Positions 18,159 through 25,880 of a stretch of 32,000 nt of DNA are shown here, piece by piece. Source of the DNA: Synechococcus sp. A15-28 (GTDB lineage Bacteria > Cyanobacteriota > Cyanobacteriia > PCC-6307 > Cyanobiaceae); assembly GCF_014280175.1 (NCBI RefSeq), contig NZ_CP047931.1, positions 780,001 through 812,000 on the forward strand, given 5' to 3'. Below the pieces are notes generated by a model. It saw only the letters and a list, made by a program, of their open reading frames with translations. It was not told where the DNA came from and did not search any database. Both the position numbers and the translations under genes were made by a program. How positions within the stretch are numbered: position 1 is the stretch's first letter; each line of letters opens with the position of its first letter.

Positions 18159-19412
18159 TTGTTCGTCGCCGCGTCCGTCATGCCGCGCCTAGCACCGGCT
18201 CAGCTTCTCGAGGAACTCACTTCCGTCGAGGACCTGCTGATCGTCCAGGACCTCGATGGCGTCTGCATGCAGTTGGTGAAAGATCCCCTCACCCGCCGCA
18301 TGGATGCAGGCTACGTGGATGCTGCGGCGGACCTGCGCGGAAGCTTCGTGGTGCTCACCAACGGCGAGCACGAGGGACGTCGCGGCGTGAACCGGCTGGT
18401 GGAATCGGCCCTGGGGGATCAGGTCAGGCCGGATCAACAGGGTCTGTACTTGCCGGGCCTGGCCGCCGGCGGTGTTCAGCTTCAGGACCGTTTCGGTCAG
18501 CTCAGCCACCCGGGGGTGAGTGATGCCGAAATGTTGTTTCTTGCTTCAGCGCCGCAGCGGATGGAGCAGTTGCTGCTGGAGCGGCTGCCGGCTGAATTGC
18601 CGGGAGTGTCTGCGGAGCAGCTGAAGACCCTGGCTCAGCAGGCCGTGCTCGACACCCAGGTGTCGCCCACCATCAACCTCAATGGTGTCTTCGCTTTGGT
18701 GCCGGGGGATGTGCCCCGTCAGCGGCGTCTTCAACAGATGCTGGCCGACCTGATGGAGCAGTTGCTGCAGGAGGCCGACGCCGCGGGGCTGGAGGGATCG
18801 TTCTTTCTGCACGTTGCCCCCAACCTCGGCCGTGATGCCGATGGTCGTGAGCGTGCCAAGCCTGCCGCCGCTGGTGATGTCGGCACCACGGACATTCAGT
18901 TCATGTTGACGGGATCGCTCAAGGAAGCCGGCCTGTTGGTGCTGATCAATCAGCACATGGCCCGCCGCCACGGAGTTGTCCCGCTGGGGGAAGATTTCAA
19001 CGTGCGCACGGCGCCCCGGGACCATGGGGCTCTGCTGCGGTTAGCCCAGGAACGGTTGCCGATGGAGCGGATGCCGCTCCTGGTGGGGGTGGGCGACACG
19101 GTGACGTCCACGCCGACAGACGACGGAAGCGGTTGGCTCCGGGGCGGCAGCGATCGTGGCTTTCTCACACTGCTGAAGGCACTGGGTGTCTGCAGTCATC
19201 AACCCAACCGCGTGATCCTGGTGGACAGCAGCCATGGCGAGGTGGATCGCCCCAGCCTGACTGATGGCCGCCTGCTGGGGATCAGTGATTCAGAGGATCC
19301 CCTGGAGCTGGATGTGCTGATGCCGGGAGGGCCGGCGGAGTACATCAGCTGGTTCCAGGCTCTGGCTCAGCGACGGCGGGTTGGCGGTCGTACCAGTCCT
19401 GAGACGGCCTGA
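18159..19412 (+). CDS. stpA: probable glucosylglycerol 3-phosphatase (StpA family)
   Basis: HAD-like start 'EDLLIVQDLDGVCMQLVKDPLTRRMDAGYVDAA', 'GSFVVLTNGEHEGRRGVNRLVE', 'GTTDIQFMLTGSLKEAGLLVLINQHMARRHG'. Length about 417 aa fits StpA. Family recalled, not searched; the true start may be MPRLAPAQ. Confidence 0.6.
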   Translation: MFVAASVMPRLAPAQLLEELTSVEDLLIVQDLDGVCMQLVKDPLTRRMDAGYVDAAADLRGSFVVLTNGEHEGRRGVNRLVESALGDQVRPDQQGLYLPGLAAGGVQLQDRFGQLSHPGVSDAEMLFLASAPQRMEQLLLERLPAELPGVSAEQLKTLAQQAVLDTQVSPTINLNGVFALVPGDVPRQRRLQQMLADLMEQLLQEADAAGLEGSFFLHVAPNLGRDADGRERAKPAAAGDVGTTDIQFMLTGSLKEAGLLVLINQHMARRHGVVPLGEDFNVRTAPRDHGALLRLAQERLPMERMPLLVGVGDTVTSTPTDDGSGWLRGGSDRGFLTLLKALGVCSHQPNRVILVDSSHGEVDRPSLTDGRLLGISDSEDPLELDVLMPGGPAEYISWFQALAQRRRVGGRTSPETA

Positions 19413-20307
19413 TTTTCAGCAGGAACGGCATCTGGGTGATCGAGGGCTTGCCACCGCTCACCCAGACCGCATGCTCGTGGCTCCAGGGGCGTTTCCCGGG
19501 AACGATCAGACGCGATTTGGAGGCATGGTCCGGTAGGTAGGACGCCAAAAACCCCTTGCTGCTGACAAAGCTCTGGAGATCGCTGAACAGGACTCCGTCG
19601 GCTGTTTCCACCAGTTCAAGCTGTCCATCCGGCCGCAGGCCGTAGACGATGCGCACATCCGCGAGTCGCATTTCGCCGTAAACACCTGCGTAAGAGCGTG
19701 GAGCGTCTTGAGTGGTGTTGGTGAACGCATGCAGTCCACCGATGAACACCCGCAACCGTTGCTCCAGCTCGGGCGTCAGCGGGCCATAGCCGAACTCCAG
19801 CTCACCGGAACGGCTGATCCCAACCCAGGCCCGTTCGGCGGCGGCGGCTCGATTGCCTGAGGGCCACAGCCCATTGGCCAGCATCAGGTCTCCATGGAGT
19901 CGCATGGCCAAGTCACCATTGCCGCTCGCCCGGGCAAAGGTGGGCCCAGAGGTGAACAACAGTGCCTCCTCATCGATGTTGGCTTCCATCTCCCGGTTCC
20001 AGCCACCGAAGAATTCGATCGTGGTCCAGCGGGGATCCACAATCACGCTGGTGTAACCGATGCTGATGCTCGCGCCATCGGAGCGATGCACGTCCAACGT
20101 CTGATTCGGAAGAAATCGCGTTAGTTGATCTCTCGATGGAGGCGGGATTGGCGGTTCGATCTGGGGAACCATCCCGCTGATCGACTGCGGCAGCGAACGC
20201 TCGGACTGATTGTTTGGGTGCATCCACAACGCGACCCCTATGCCGAGCAAGCCTGATGCCAGGCAGATCGCCAGCAGCGGCAGGGGGCGCACGGGGCAGG
20301 ATTGCAT
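19345..20307 (-). CDS. hypothetical protein with N-terminal membrane anchor/signal
   Basis: 320-aa ORF: 'PLPLLAICLASGLLGIGVALW' followed by a globular region ('GDLAMRLHGDLMLANGLWPSGNRAAAAERAWVGISRSGELEFGYGPLT'). Confidence 0.7.
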   Translation of the reverse strand: MQSCPVRPLPLLAICLASGLLGIGVALWMHPNNQSERSLPQSISGMVPQIEPPIPPPSRDQLTRFLPNQTLDVHRSDGASISIGYTSVIVDPRWTTIEFFGGWNREMEANIDEEALLFTSGPTFARASGNGDLAMRLHGDLMLANGLWPSGNRAAAAERAWVGISRSGELEFGYGPLTPELEQRLRVFIGGLHAFTNTTQDAPRSYAGVYGEMRLADVRIVYGLRPDGQLELVETADGVLFSDLQSFVSSKGFLASYLPDHASKSRLIVPGKRPWSHEHAVWVSGGKPSITQMPFLLKIRPSQDWYDRQPAVAEPEPGTS

Positions 20308-20541
20308 CCCTTCAGTGTGAGCCAGTTCTGGGGCTTCAGCAATATCGGCCTGATATCAATCACCGGGATCCAGTATGAGATTGTTCTCGAGATTGCTGAG
20401 GGACGGTCACAACGCGTGATCCATCAAGTCATCCAGCAATGACTCAATCTTTTGTTGTGATTGATACGGATGACTTGTGATGCAGCGGTCAGATCCACGG
20501 TTGGGTCGTTTGATCTGAAATGATCCAATTCCCTGAACTCG

Positions 20542-21492
20542 TTGGTGCTGATCGCCCGTTCCCTGCCGTTTCCCCCCCTTCAGCGCGGGGTGCTCACCAC
20601 CCTTCAGGTCAACCTCGGTTACCGCTGCAACCAGAGCTGCAGCCACTGCCATGTCAATGCCGGTCCCACCAGGACCGAAATGATGAGCGCGGAGCTGGTG
20701 GCGCTGATCCCGTCCGTGCTGGAGCATCGAGCGATCCGTTGTCTGGATCTCACCGGCGGGGCACCGGAACTCCATCCCGACTTCCGTTCCCTGGTGCGCC
20801 AGGCCCGGGATCAGGGGGTTTCCGTGATCGATCGCTGCAATCTCACGATTCTTTCGGAGCCTGGACAGGACACCTTGGCCCAGTTTCTGGCTGACCAGCG
20901 GGTCGGTGTGATCGCCTCCCTGCCCTGTTACAGCGCCGCCAATGTCGACCAACAGCGGGGCGATGGGGTGTTTGAACGCAGCCTTGAGGGGTTGCGGATG
21001 CTGAATGCCCTCGGGTACGGCAGTGGGGATCCAGAGCGATCCCTCGACCTGGTGTTCAATCCGCAGGGTCCGTCTCTCCCTCCAGCCCAAGAGGTTCTGG
21101 AGACGGATTACAAGCGCGAACTCGGATTCCTGGGCATCCGTTTCGATCGGTTGCTGACCTTGGCCAACATGCCGATTCAGCGCTTTTCCCGTCAGCTGGA
21201 GCTGCAAGGTCGACTGGCGGCCTATCAGCGTTTGCTGGAGGAGGCCCACAACCCTGCCAATCTTGCGGCGGTGATGTGCCGCCAACTGCTCAGCGTCGAC
21301 TGGCAGGGGAATCTGTATGACTGCGATTTCAATCAGCAACTTGGCCTGTCAACCCAGGGGCATGTCCGCCACCTGAGCGATCTTCTGGATGCCTCGATCC
21401 CGATCGAGAGTGATCGGATTCGAACGGCGCAGCATTGCTTCGGCTGCACGGCCGGAGCGGGATCCAGCTGCGGTGGAGCTCTTCAGGGCTGA
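20542..21492 (+). CDS. arsS: arsenosugar biosynthesis radical SAM protein ArsS
   Basis: Radical SAM CxxxCxxC in 'VNLGYRCNQSCSHCHVNAGPTRTEMM', 'CLDLTGGAPELHPDFRSLVRQAR', 'VIDRCNLTIL', 'SLPCY', and C-terminal 'CRQLLSVDWQGNLYDCDFNQQLG...HCFGCTAGAGSSCGGALQG'. Start codon is TTG 20542 or GTG 20545. Confidence 0.9.
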   Translation: MVLIARSLPFPPLQRGVLTTLQVNLGYRCNQSCSHCHVNAGPTRTEMMSAELVALIPSVLEHRAIRCLDLTGGAPELHPDFRSLVRQARDQGVSVIDRCNLTILSEPGQDTLAQFLADQRVGVIASLPCYSAANVDQQRGDGVFERSLEGLRMLNALGYGSGDPERSLDLVFNPQGPSLPPAQEVLETDYKRELGFLGIRFDRLLTLANMPIQRFSRQLELQGRLAAYQRLLEEAHNPANLAAVMCRQLLSVDWQGNLYDCDFNQQLGLSTQGHVRHLSDLLDASIPIESDRIRTAQHCFGCTAGAGSSCGGALQG

Positions 21493-21767
21493 CCCGGTTC
21501 CGCTGCAGCGATGCGGTGGATGGCGACACCGGCGGGAGCGAGCAGTAGCACCATCTCACTGATGCGTTGTTGCTGGCCATCCAGGGCATGGACCCCTCCG
21601 GACACCAGATCAGTAGCGCGCTGGGCCAGCTCAGGAGTCAGGCGACTCAGATTCAGCACCACGGTGCGTTGCTCCCGTACGGCCAGCACGGCTTCCAGGG
21701 CGTCATTGAAGTGCTCGGGCATCAGCACGACCACGTCATGCCATCCATCGGAGCGACTGTTCACCAT
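21483..21767 (-). CDS. standalone SepF/YlmF-like domain protein
   Basis: From MVNSRSDGWHDVVVLMPEHFNDALEAVLAVREQRTVVLNLSRLTPELAQRATDLVSGGVHALDGQQQRISEMVLLLAPAGVAI, matching the SepF pattern (R..V.l.L..l....aqR..DFl.G..ya..G....i....f.i.P..v.i). Confidence 0.75.
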   Translation of the reverse strand: MVNSRSDGWHDVVVLMPEHFNDALEAVLAVREQRTVVLNLSRLTPELAQRATDLVSGGVHALDGQQQRISEMVLLLAPAGVAIHRIAAAEPGQP

Positions 21768-21801
21768 GGGGGCATGATGTAATGCTGTTGCTGAACGGCT
21801 G

Positions 21802-22023
21802 GTGTCACCTGCTGGACTGTTGCTCGCTTTGCTGACCCTGGGGCTCTGGGGCGGGCTTGTGTCAGCGCATGAGCATGGAGGACAACCCAAGCAGGCGATG
21901 TTCAAGACGCGGGCTGAAGCGGAGGCGGCGGCTCCAGGCTTCGGCTGCAAGGGGGCCCATGCCATGGGCGAGATGTGGATGGTCTGTGAGAAGCATGGTC
22001 AGTCCGAGCAGCACGGACACTGA
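21802..22023 (+). CDS. small secreted DUF3721-like protein
   Basis: Signal peptide-like N-terminus (LLLALLTLGLWGGLVSAHE), then 'AMFKTRAEAEAAAPGFGCKGAHAMGEMWMVCEKHGQ'. Confidence 0.75.
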   Translation: MSPAGLLLALLTLGLWGGLVSAHEHGGQPKQAMFKTRAEAEAAAPGFGCKGAHAMGEMWMVCEKHGQSEQHGH

Positions 22024-22026
22024 GCC

Positions 22027-22425
22027 ATGGCAACGGAAGGGGGACATTGCGGCAGCAAACCGAAGCGGATTGCCATCGGGGTTGCCCCGCTGGGCACCAT
22101 TTCAATCGGCATCGTCCCGATGGGGGTGATCTGCATCGGTGTGGTGCCGATGGGGGTCGTCTCCATCGGTGTGGTGGCCATGGGTGTGTTCAACGCCGCC
22201 ATCGTTGGGATGGGACTGGTGGCGGTCGGGGTGAACACGATGGGGGTGATCACAGCAGGGCCGATGAGCATGGGGCTGATTCAGATCCGCTCCACCACCA
22301 ACCCTCGCTACCTGGCCTACCCCAGCCGTGAGGAGGCGGAAGCCCAGTCGAAGCTTCTGGGTTGTGAGGGGGTGCATCGCATGGGTGACCGGTACTGGAT
22401 GCCCTGCAATGAACACCCCAAGTAG
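22027..22425 (+). CDS. decapeptide-repeat protein with C-terminal DUF3721-like motif
   Basis: Seven consecutive 10-aa units (IAIGVAPLGT/ISIGIVPMGV/ICIGVVPMGV/VSIGVVAMGV/FNAAIVGMGL/VAVGVNTMGV/ITAGPMSMGL), then 'YLAYPSREEAEAQSKLLGCEGVHRMGDRYWMPCNEH'. Confidence 0.8.
   Translation: MATEGGHCGSKPKRIAIGVAPLGTISIGIVPMGVICIGVVPMGVVSIGVVAMGVFNAAIVGMGLVAVGVNTMGVITAGPMSMGLIQIRSTTNPRYLAYPSREEAEAQSKLLGCEGVHRMGDRYWMPCNEHPK
22069..22278 (+). repeat. seven degenerate 30-bp in-frame tandem units encoding 10-aa repeats
   Basis: Direct reading, e.g. 'cccatgggggtgatctgcatcggtgtggtg'-like units 'ccgatgggggtgatctgcatcggtgtggtg' and 'ccgatgggggtcgtctccatcggtgtggtg' at 22117-22176, with more diverged units on both sides. 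Confidence 0.85.
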
Positions 22426-22434
22426 CGGAGTGCG

Positions 22435-22893
22435 TCAGTCCTGACAATCCGGGCAGAGAGCCCGCACATTCAGGCTGGATTCGATCAACTTGAACCCTAA
22501 CTGCTGGGCGGCATCGGCACCGGCCATCAGCACCGGCTCGCTTTCGAATTCTTCGGTGCGTCCGCAGCGGATGCACACCACGTGATGGTGATCACGGTGA
22601 TCACCCTGGGCAAGCTCAAAGCGACGGCCCCCTTCACTGAGTTCCAACTCCTGCAGAAACCCCATGTCCGCCAGCAGGCGCAGGGTTCGGTACACAGTGG
22701 CCAGTGAGACCTTCAGCTGCAGGGAGGCCAGTTGTTGATGCACCTCCTCCGCGCTCAGGTGACAGCCGGATCCACGGTGTTCGAACAACTCGAGAACCCG
22801 TTTGCGCTGGGGTGTCAGACGACGACCGTCTTCATGCAGGCCCTGCTGCAGGGATCCATTGGCGGGAGCAGACGGGGAGGACAGCGACACCAA
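22435..22893 (-). CDS. Fur-family transcriptional regulator (Zur/PerR/Fur subtype not resolved)
   Basis: 'LTPQRKRVLELF', 'HLSAEEVHQQLASLQLKVSLATVYRTLRLLADMGFLQELEL', 'DHRDHHHVVCIRCGRTEEFES', 'NVRALCPDC'. Confidence 0.92.
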   Translation of the reverse strand: MVSLSSPSAPANGSLQQGLHEDGRRLTPQRKRVLELFEHRGSGCHLSAEEVHQQLASLQLKVSLATVYRTLRLLADMGFLQELELSEGGRRFELAQGDHRDHHHVVCIRCGRTEEFESEPVLMAGADAAQQLGFKLIESSLNVRALCPDCQD

Positions 22894-22902
22894 CCGGGAT
22901 CA

Positions 22903-22917
22903 ACTGTTCTCAACAGT
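22903..22917. promoter_or_regulatory. perfect short inverted repeat ACTGTT-CTC-AACAGT upstream of the Fur-family gene (possible operator)
   Basis: 6-bp arms, 3-bp spacer, directly read, in the divergent intergenic region about 10 bp from the regulator start. Confidence 0.3.
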
Positions 22918-22998
22918 AGTCATTAATGAGAGCGTTCAATCCGTGATGCTGCTGTGCGGAGAACGGTGTACGTTCCGGGCGCTGCTCTCGCTACATCG

Positions 22999-23265
22999 AT
23001 GGAAACCCACGTGCTCACCTTCACGATCACCAAGCCCTTCAGCGAATGGGCCAAGGTGTACGACGAGTCAGCTCCCTTCCAGAAAGCTGCCGGCATCACC
23101 TCGCTCTATCGCGGCGTCAGCAAGGAGGACCCCAGCAAGGTGTGCGCTGTGATGCAAGCCCAGCCCGGCGTGATGGAGCAGTTCATCGAAGACAACACCG
23201 AGTTGATCGTCTCCTCCGGTCACGTGCTGGAGAGCACCATCAGCCAGGTGTTCCTCGCCGGCTGA
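22999..23265 (+). CDS. DUF3764-like small protein
   Basis: 'METHVLTFTITKPFSEWAKVYDESAPFQKAAGITSLYRGVSKEDPSKVCAVMQAQPGVMEQFIEDNTELIVSSGHVLESTISQVFL' resembles picocyanobacterial DUF3764 proteins. Confidence 0.75.
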   Translation: METHVLTFTITKPFSEWAKVYDESAPFQKAAGITSLYRGVSKEDPSKVCAVMQAQPGVMEQFIEDNTELIVSSGHVLESTISQVFLAG

Positions 23266-23498
23266 TGGGCTGGAATCCTGCCCGGGCCTGGACCAGTCAG
23301 GCTCCGGTCGGGGGGTATCGGCACTTCCAGCTGGTGCTGCAGGGTGGCCGCGGCGATCAGCGATGGGTGGAGCTGGCGGCCGTGCTGGCACCGGAGCATC
23401 GCGAGCGGGTGCTATGGCGGGATCTGAAGGATCGCTCCCGCTGGATCAGTGGTTGGCAGTCCATTCCCGAGAGCCATGCGGATCCTGCAGCTGAGTGA
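23265..23498 (+). CDS. tryptophan-rich small protein, TIGR02450-like
   Basis: '[21 protein letters not shown]...[35 protein letters not shown]' fits the Trp-rich family pattern. ATG at 23265 overlaps the preceding stop (TGATG). Confidence 0.7.
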   Translation: MGWNPARAWTSQAPVGGYRHFQLVLQGGRGDQRWVELAAVLAPEHRERVLWRDLKDRSRWISGWQSIPESHADPAAE

Positions 23499-24237
23499 CC
23501 CCCATCTGGTGGCCGCCGATGCGGCCATGGTGCGGGAACGACCGGCCCTTGCGTTGCTGGAACGAGCCCTGTTGGAGGGGCAGCGCGAACGTCCCGATCT
23601 GCTGCTGATCAGCGGTGATCTCTGCCAGGACGAGAGCTGGGGCGGCTACGTCCGCCTGCAACGCCTGCTGGATCGTCACGTCAACGTTCCCGTCGGCCTG
23701 TTGCCCGGCAACCACGATCACCCGCTGCTGCTGAAGGCCGTGCTGGGTCGTCGTTTCTGCACGGCTCCCGCCGAGCTGATTGTTCAAGGGACGCGACTGG
23801 TGTTGCTCAACAGCCATCGCAGCGGTTGTTCCGCCGGTTGGCTCGGGACCCATCAGCTGCATTGGTTGCAGCAACGCCTCGCCGATCCTGTGCGCCGGGA
23901 TCTGCCTCTGGTGGTGGCTTTGCATCATCCGCCGGTGGCCATCGGTCACCCCGTGATGGACACGATGAATCTCACCGATCACCACCAGCTGGCAGCCATC
24001 CTTCAGTCCCATGCCGCGCTGCGGGCCGTCGTCTTCGGTCACATCCATCAGCACTGGCAAGGATCCTGGCCCCAGCGTCCGGATGTGCCGTTGCTGGGGT
24101 GTCCCTCCACGTTGCGCGGTTTCCAGTGCGTGCAGCCCTGTCCTCTCGGCCGGGCCGATGATCCGGGGGGGCGCCTTCTGGAGATTCACAACGACGGCAG
24201 CCTCAGCCACCGCGTGTTGCGCTGGTCATCCTGTTGA
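23476..24237 (+). CDS. calcineurin-like metallophosphoesterase, CpdA-like
   Basis: '[12 protein letters not shown]', '[13 protein letters not shown]', 'LPGNHDH', 'VVALHHPP', '[11 protein letters not shown]'. Confidence 0.92.
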   Translation: MRILQLSDPHLVAADAAMVRERPALALLERALLEGQRERPDLLLISGDLCQDESWGGYVRLQRLLDRHVNVPVGLLPGNHDHPLLLKAVLGRRFCTAPAELIVQGTRLVLLNSHRSGCSAGWLGTHQLHWLQQRLADPVRRDLPLVVALHHPPVAIGHPVMDTMNLTDHHQLAAILQSHAALRAVVFGHIHQHWQGSWPQRPDVPLLGCPSTLRGFQCVQPCPLGRADDPGGRLLEIHNDGSLSHRVLRWSSC

Positions 24238-24242
24238 ACTAA

Positions 24243-24494
24243 TCAGCCCATCCCCTTCTGGGATTCACGGAAAGCCTTGAGTTTGTCGATGTCTTTCTCT
24301 TCATCAATGCTGTAATCCGTGAGGATCAGCGCCTTGCCGATGGTGCCGAGGGCATACTCGATCCGATCGAGATCGCGGCGACCGGTCTCGTCCTGGCGGG
24401 CCGCTCGGATGACCTCAGGACACAGCTGATCGGCCAGTTGTTCGATGGCGGTTGCAATGGCACCAGCCTGTTGCAGGGGATCGTTCTGGTCCAT
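24243..24494 (-). CDS. small hypothetical protein
   Basis: From ATG at 24494: MDQNDPLQQAGAIATAIEQLADQLCPEVIRAARQDETGRRDLDRIEYALGTIGKALILTDYSIDEEKDIDKLKAFRESQKGMG, acidic helical. Confidence 0.6.
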   Translation of the reverse strand: MDQNDPLQQAGAIATAIEQLADQLCPEVIRAARQDETGRRDLDRIEYALGTIGKALILTDYSIDEEKDIDKLKAFRESQKGMG

Positions 24495-24537
24495 GGAGGG
24501 CTGGGCTTGCTCAGCAGGGAGACTCTGCCAGTTGGTC

Positions 24538-25230
24538 TCAGAATCCTCGGGGATTCGGCCGTTGACTTGATAAGGACACGTTCCCCTGCGGATTGGTGGG
24601 CTGCGGAGCTGCACCGGGGGCGGCGACGGCGTTGAAGGCGAGGGACCAGCGTTCCCCCTCGCCACGGAAGGGCATCACCGAATGGGGCTGCCAGGCCGGG
24701 AAGACGTAGAACTCACCCGGTACCGGCAGAACGTAGTGGGCCATTCCGGTGCGGAATGACTGGAGATGCCACTCCTCCGGACCGTGAAAGCAGAGCTGGC
24801 CGTCAAAGCTGTTGCCGTTGATCTGCGGCGGCACCTTGAGAAAGATCACCCCAGAGAAGCTGCCGCCGTGGGTGTGGGTGGGGTTGTAGTCGCCGGCGGT
24901 CTGGCAGTTGATCCAGAGATCGATCATCTGCAGCCGGTAACGGCCCGGCACCCAGGGACCACGCCCCTGGGGTGGCTGCCGATCCATCACGTGGCGGATC
25001 CAGCGATCACAGGCGGGCAGGAGATGCTCGGCCGTGAGTTGCTGGACCCCCGGTTGGTCGAACCTCAACTCCCGCTGCTGACGCAGCTGACCAGCCAGCT
25101 TGGCGGAGGCGTCTGGACTGGCGGAAGGGTTGGCCAGAACCGATTCCCCCAGAGCGATCAGTTGGTTCAGCAGCGGAGCTGGCAGCGTGCCGCGCAGGAT
25201 GGATCGCGGAAACAGGTCGAGAACATCCAC
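24538..25230 (-). CDS. 2OG-Fe(II) oxygenase family protein (TIGR02466-like)
   Basis: 'YNPTHTHGGSFSGVIFLKVP...GQLCFHGPEEWHLQSFRTGMAHYVLPVPGEFYVFPAWQPHSVMPFRGEGERWSLAFNA'. The ORF extends to 25356; GTG at 25230 (MDVLDLFPRSILRG) is my preferred start. Confidence 0.8.
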   Translation of the reverse strand: MDVLDLFPRSILRGTLPAPLLNQLIALGESVLANPSASPDASAKLAGQLRQQRELRFDQPGVQQLTAEHLLPACDRWIRHVMDRQPPQGRGPWVPGRYRLQMIDLWINCQTAGDYNPTHTHGGSFSGVIFLKVPPQINGNSFDGQLCFHGPEEWHLQSFRTGMAHYVLPVPGEFYVFPAWQPHSVMPFRGEGERWSLAFNAVAAPGAAPQPTNPQGNVSLSSQRPNPRGF

Positions 25231-25297
25231 CGGCTCACTGGGACTCTGTAGGCCATCGTGCCAGCGCCAGAGTGGAGCCGATGTTCGTGGGGTGGTG

Positions 25298-25801
25298 ATG
25301 CTGCGCAAGGTCCTGATCGCTGGACTGATCCTGGTCGGCTGCAGTGCGCCGGTCATGGGGCAGCCATTGCCAGGTCAGCAGGGTCCAACGGCGGAACTGC
25401 TCGAGGGCAGCGGCCTGCGGTTGAGCACGCGTCGCACCGCGGAACGCTTCCCCGATGGCAATCGTCTCTGGAAAGTGGAGCTGCACCGCGGAGAGCGCTT
25501 GCTGGCCAGCTGGGATGCCGCCAGTGGCATCGCCGAACGCCAGTCGGCTGATCGACGCTGGAGTCCGGGTAATGCAGCCCCTCTGCCAGCAGGTGACTAC
25601 AGCCTCGGACAGCCGGAGCCGTGGGGGGATGATCTCTGGTTCGATCTGCAGCCGCGCTTCGACACCAGCCGCAGCGCCCTTGGGATTCACCGCTGCTACC
25701 CGGGAACCGGTTGCATCTGCATGCCAAGCCGTGCGGAGATTGATGCCCTGGCGGCCTGGGTGAAACGTGGACGACTTAGCAGGCTGCGGGTGATCAACTG
25801 A
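25298..25801 (+). CDS. secreted L,D-transpeptidase-like (YkuD-type) protein
   Basis: Signal peptide-like MLRKVLIAGLILVGCSAPVMG, then 'LWKVELHRGERLLASWDAASG...AAPLPAGDYSLG...LGIHRCYPGTGCICMPSRAEIDALAAWV' with a His...Cys catalytic-like arrangement. Confidence 0.55.
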   Translation: MLRKVLIAGLILVGCSAPVMGQPLPGQQGPTAELLEGSGLRLSTRRTAERFPDGNRLWKVELHRGERLLASWDAASGIAERQSADRRWSPGNAAPLPAGDYSLGQPEPWGDDLWFDLQPRFDTSRSALGIHRCYPGTGCICMPSRAEIDALAAWVKRGRLSRLRVIN

Positions 25802-25880
25802 ACCAAAGCAGTTACAACCTCGCGTGGTTTGCAGCACCGACCAAACGTCCCGGGATCACTAGAAACAGGTCGGTTTCATC

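Noticed and set aside
20407-21339. 310-aa minus-strand ORF
   Set aside because: Fully antisense to the clearly coding arsS gene. It is Gln/His/Gly-rich with no domain signal, as expected of a GC-rich shadow ORF.
22069-22278. Considered as CRISPR or intergenic tandem repeat
   Set aside because: The 30-bp units are contiguous, in frame, degenerate at third positions, and have no spacers. It is a protein-coding repeat.
22102-22416. Minus-strand ORF with HTDGDDPHRHH-type repeats
   Set aside because: The repeats are the antisense reading of the coding decapeptide repeat, not an independent repeat protein.
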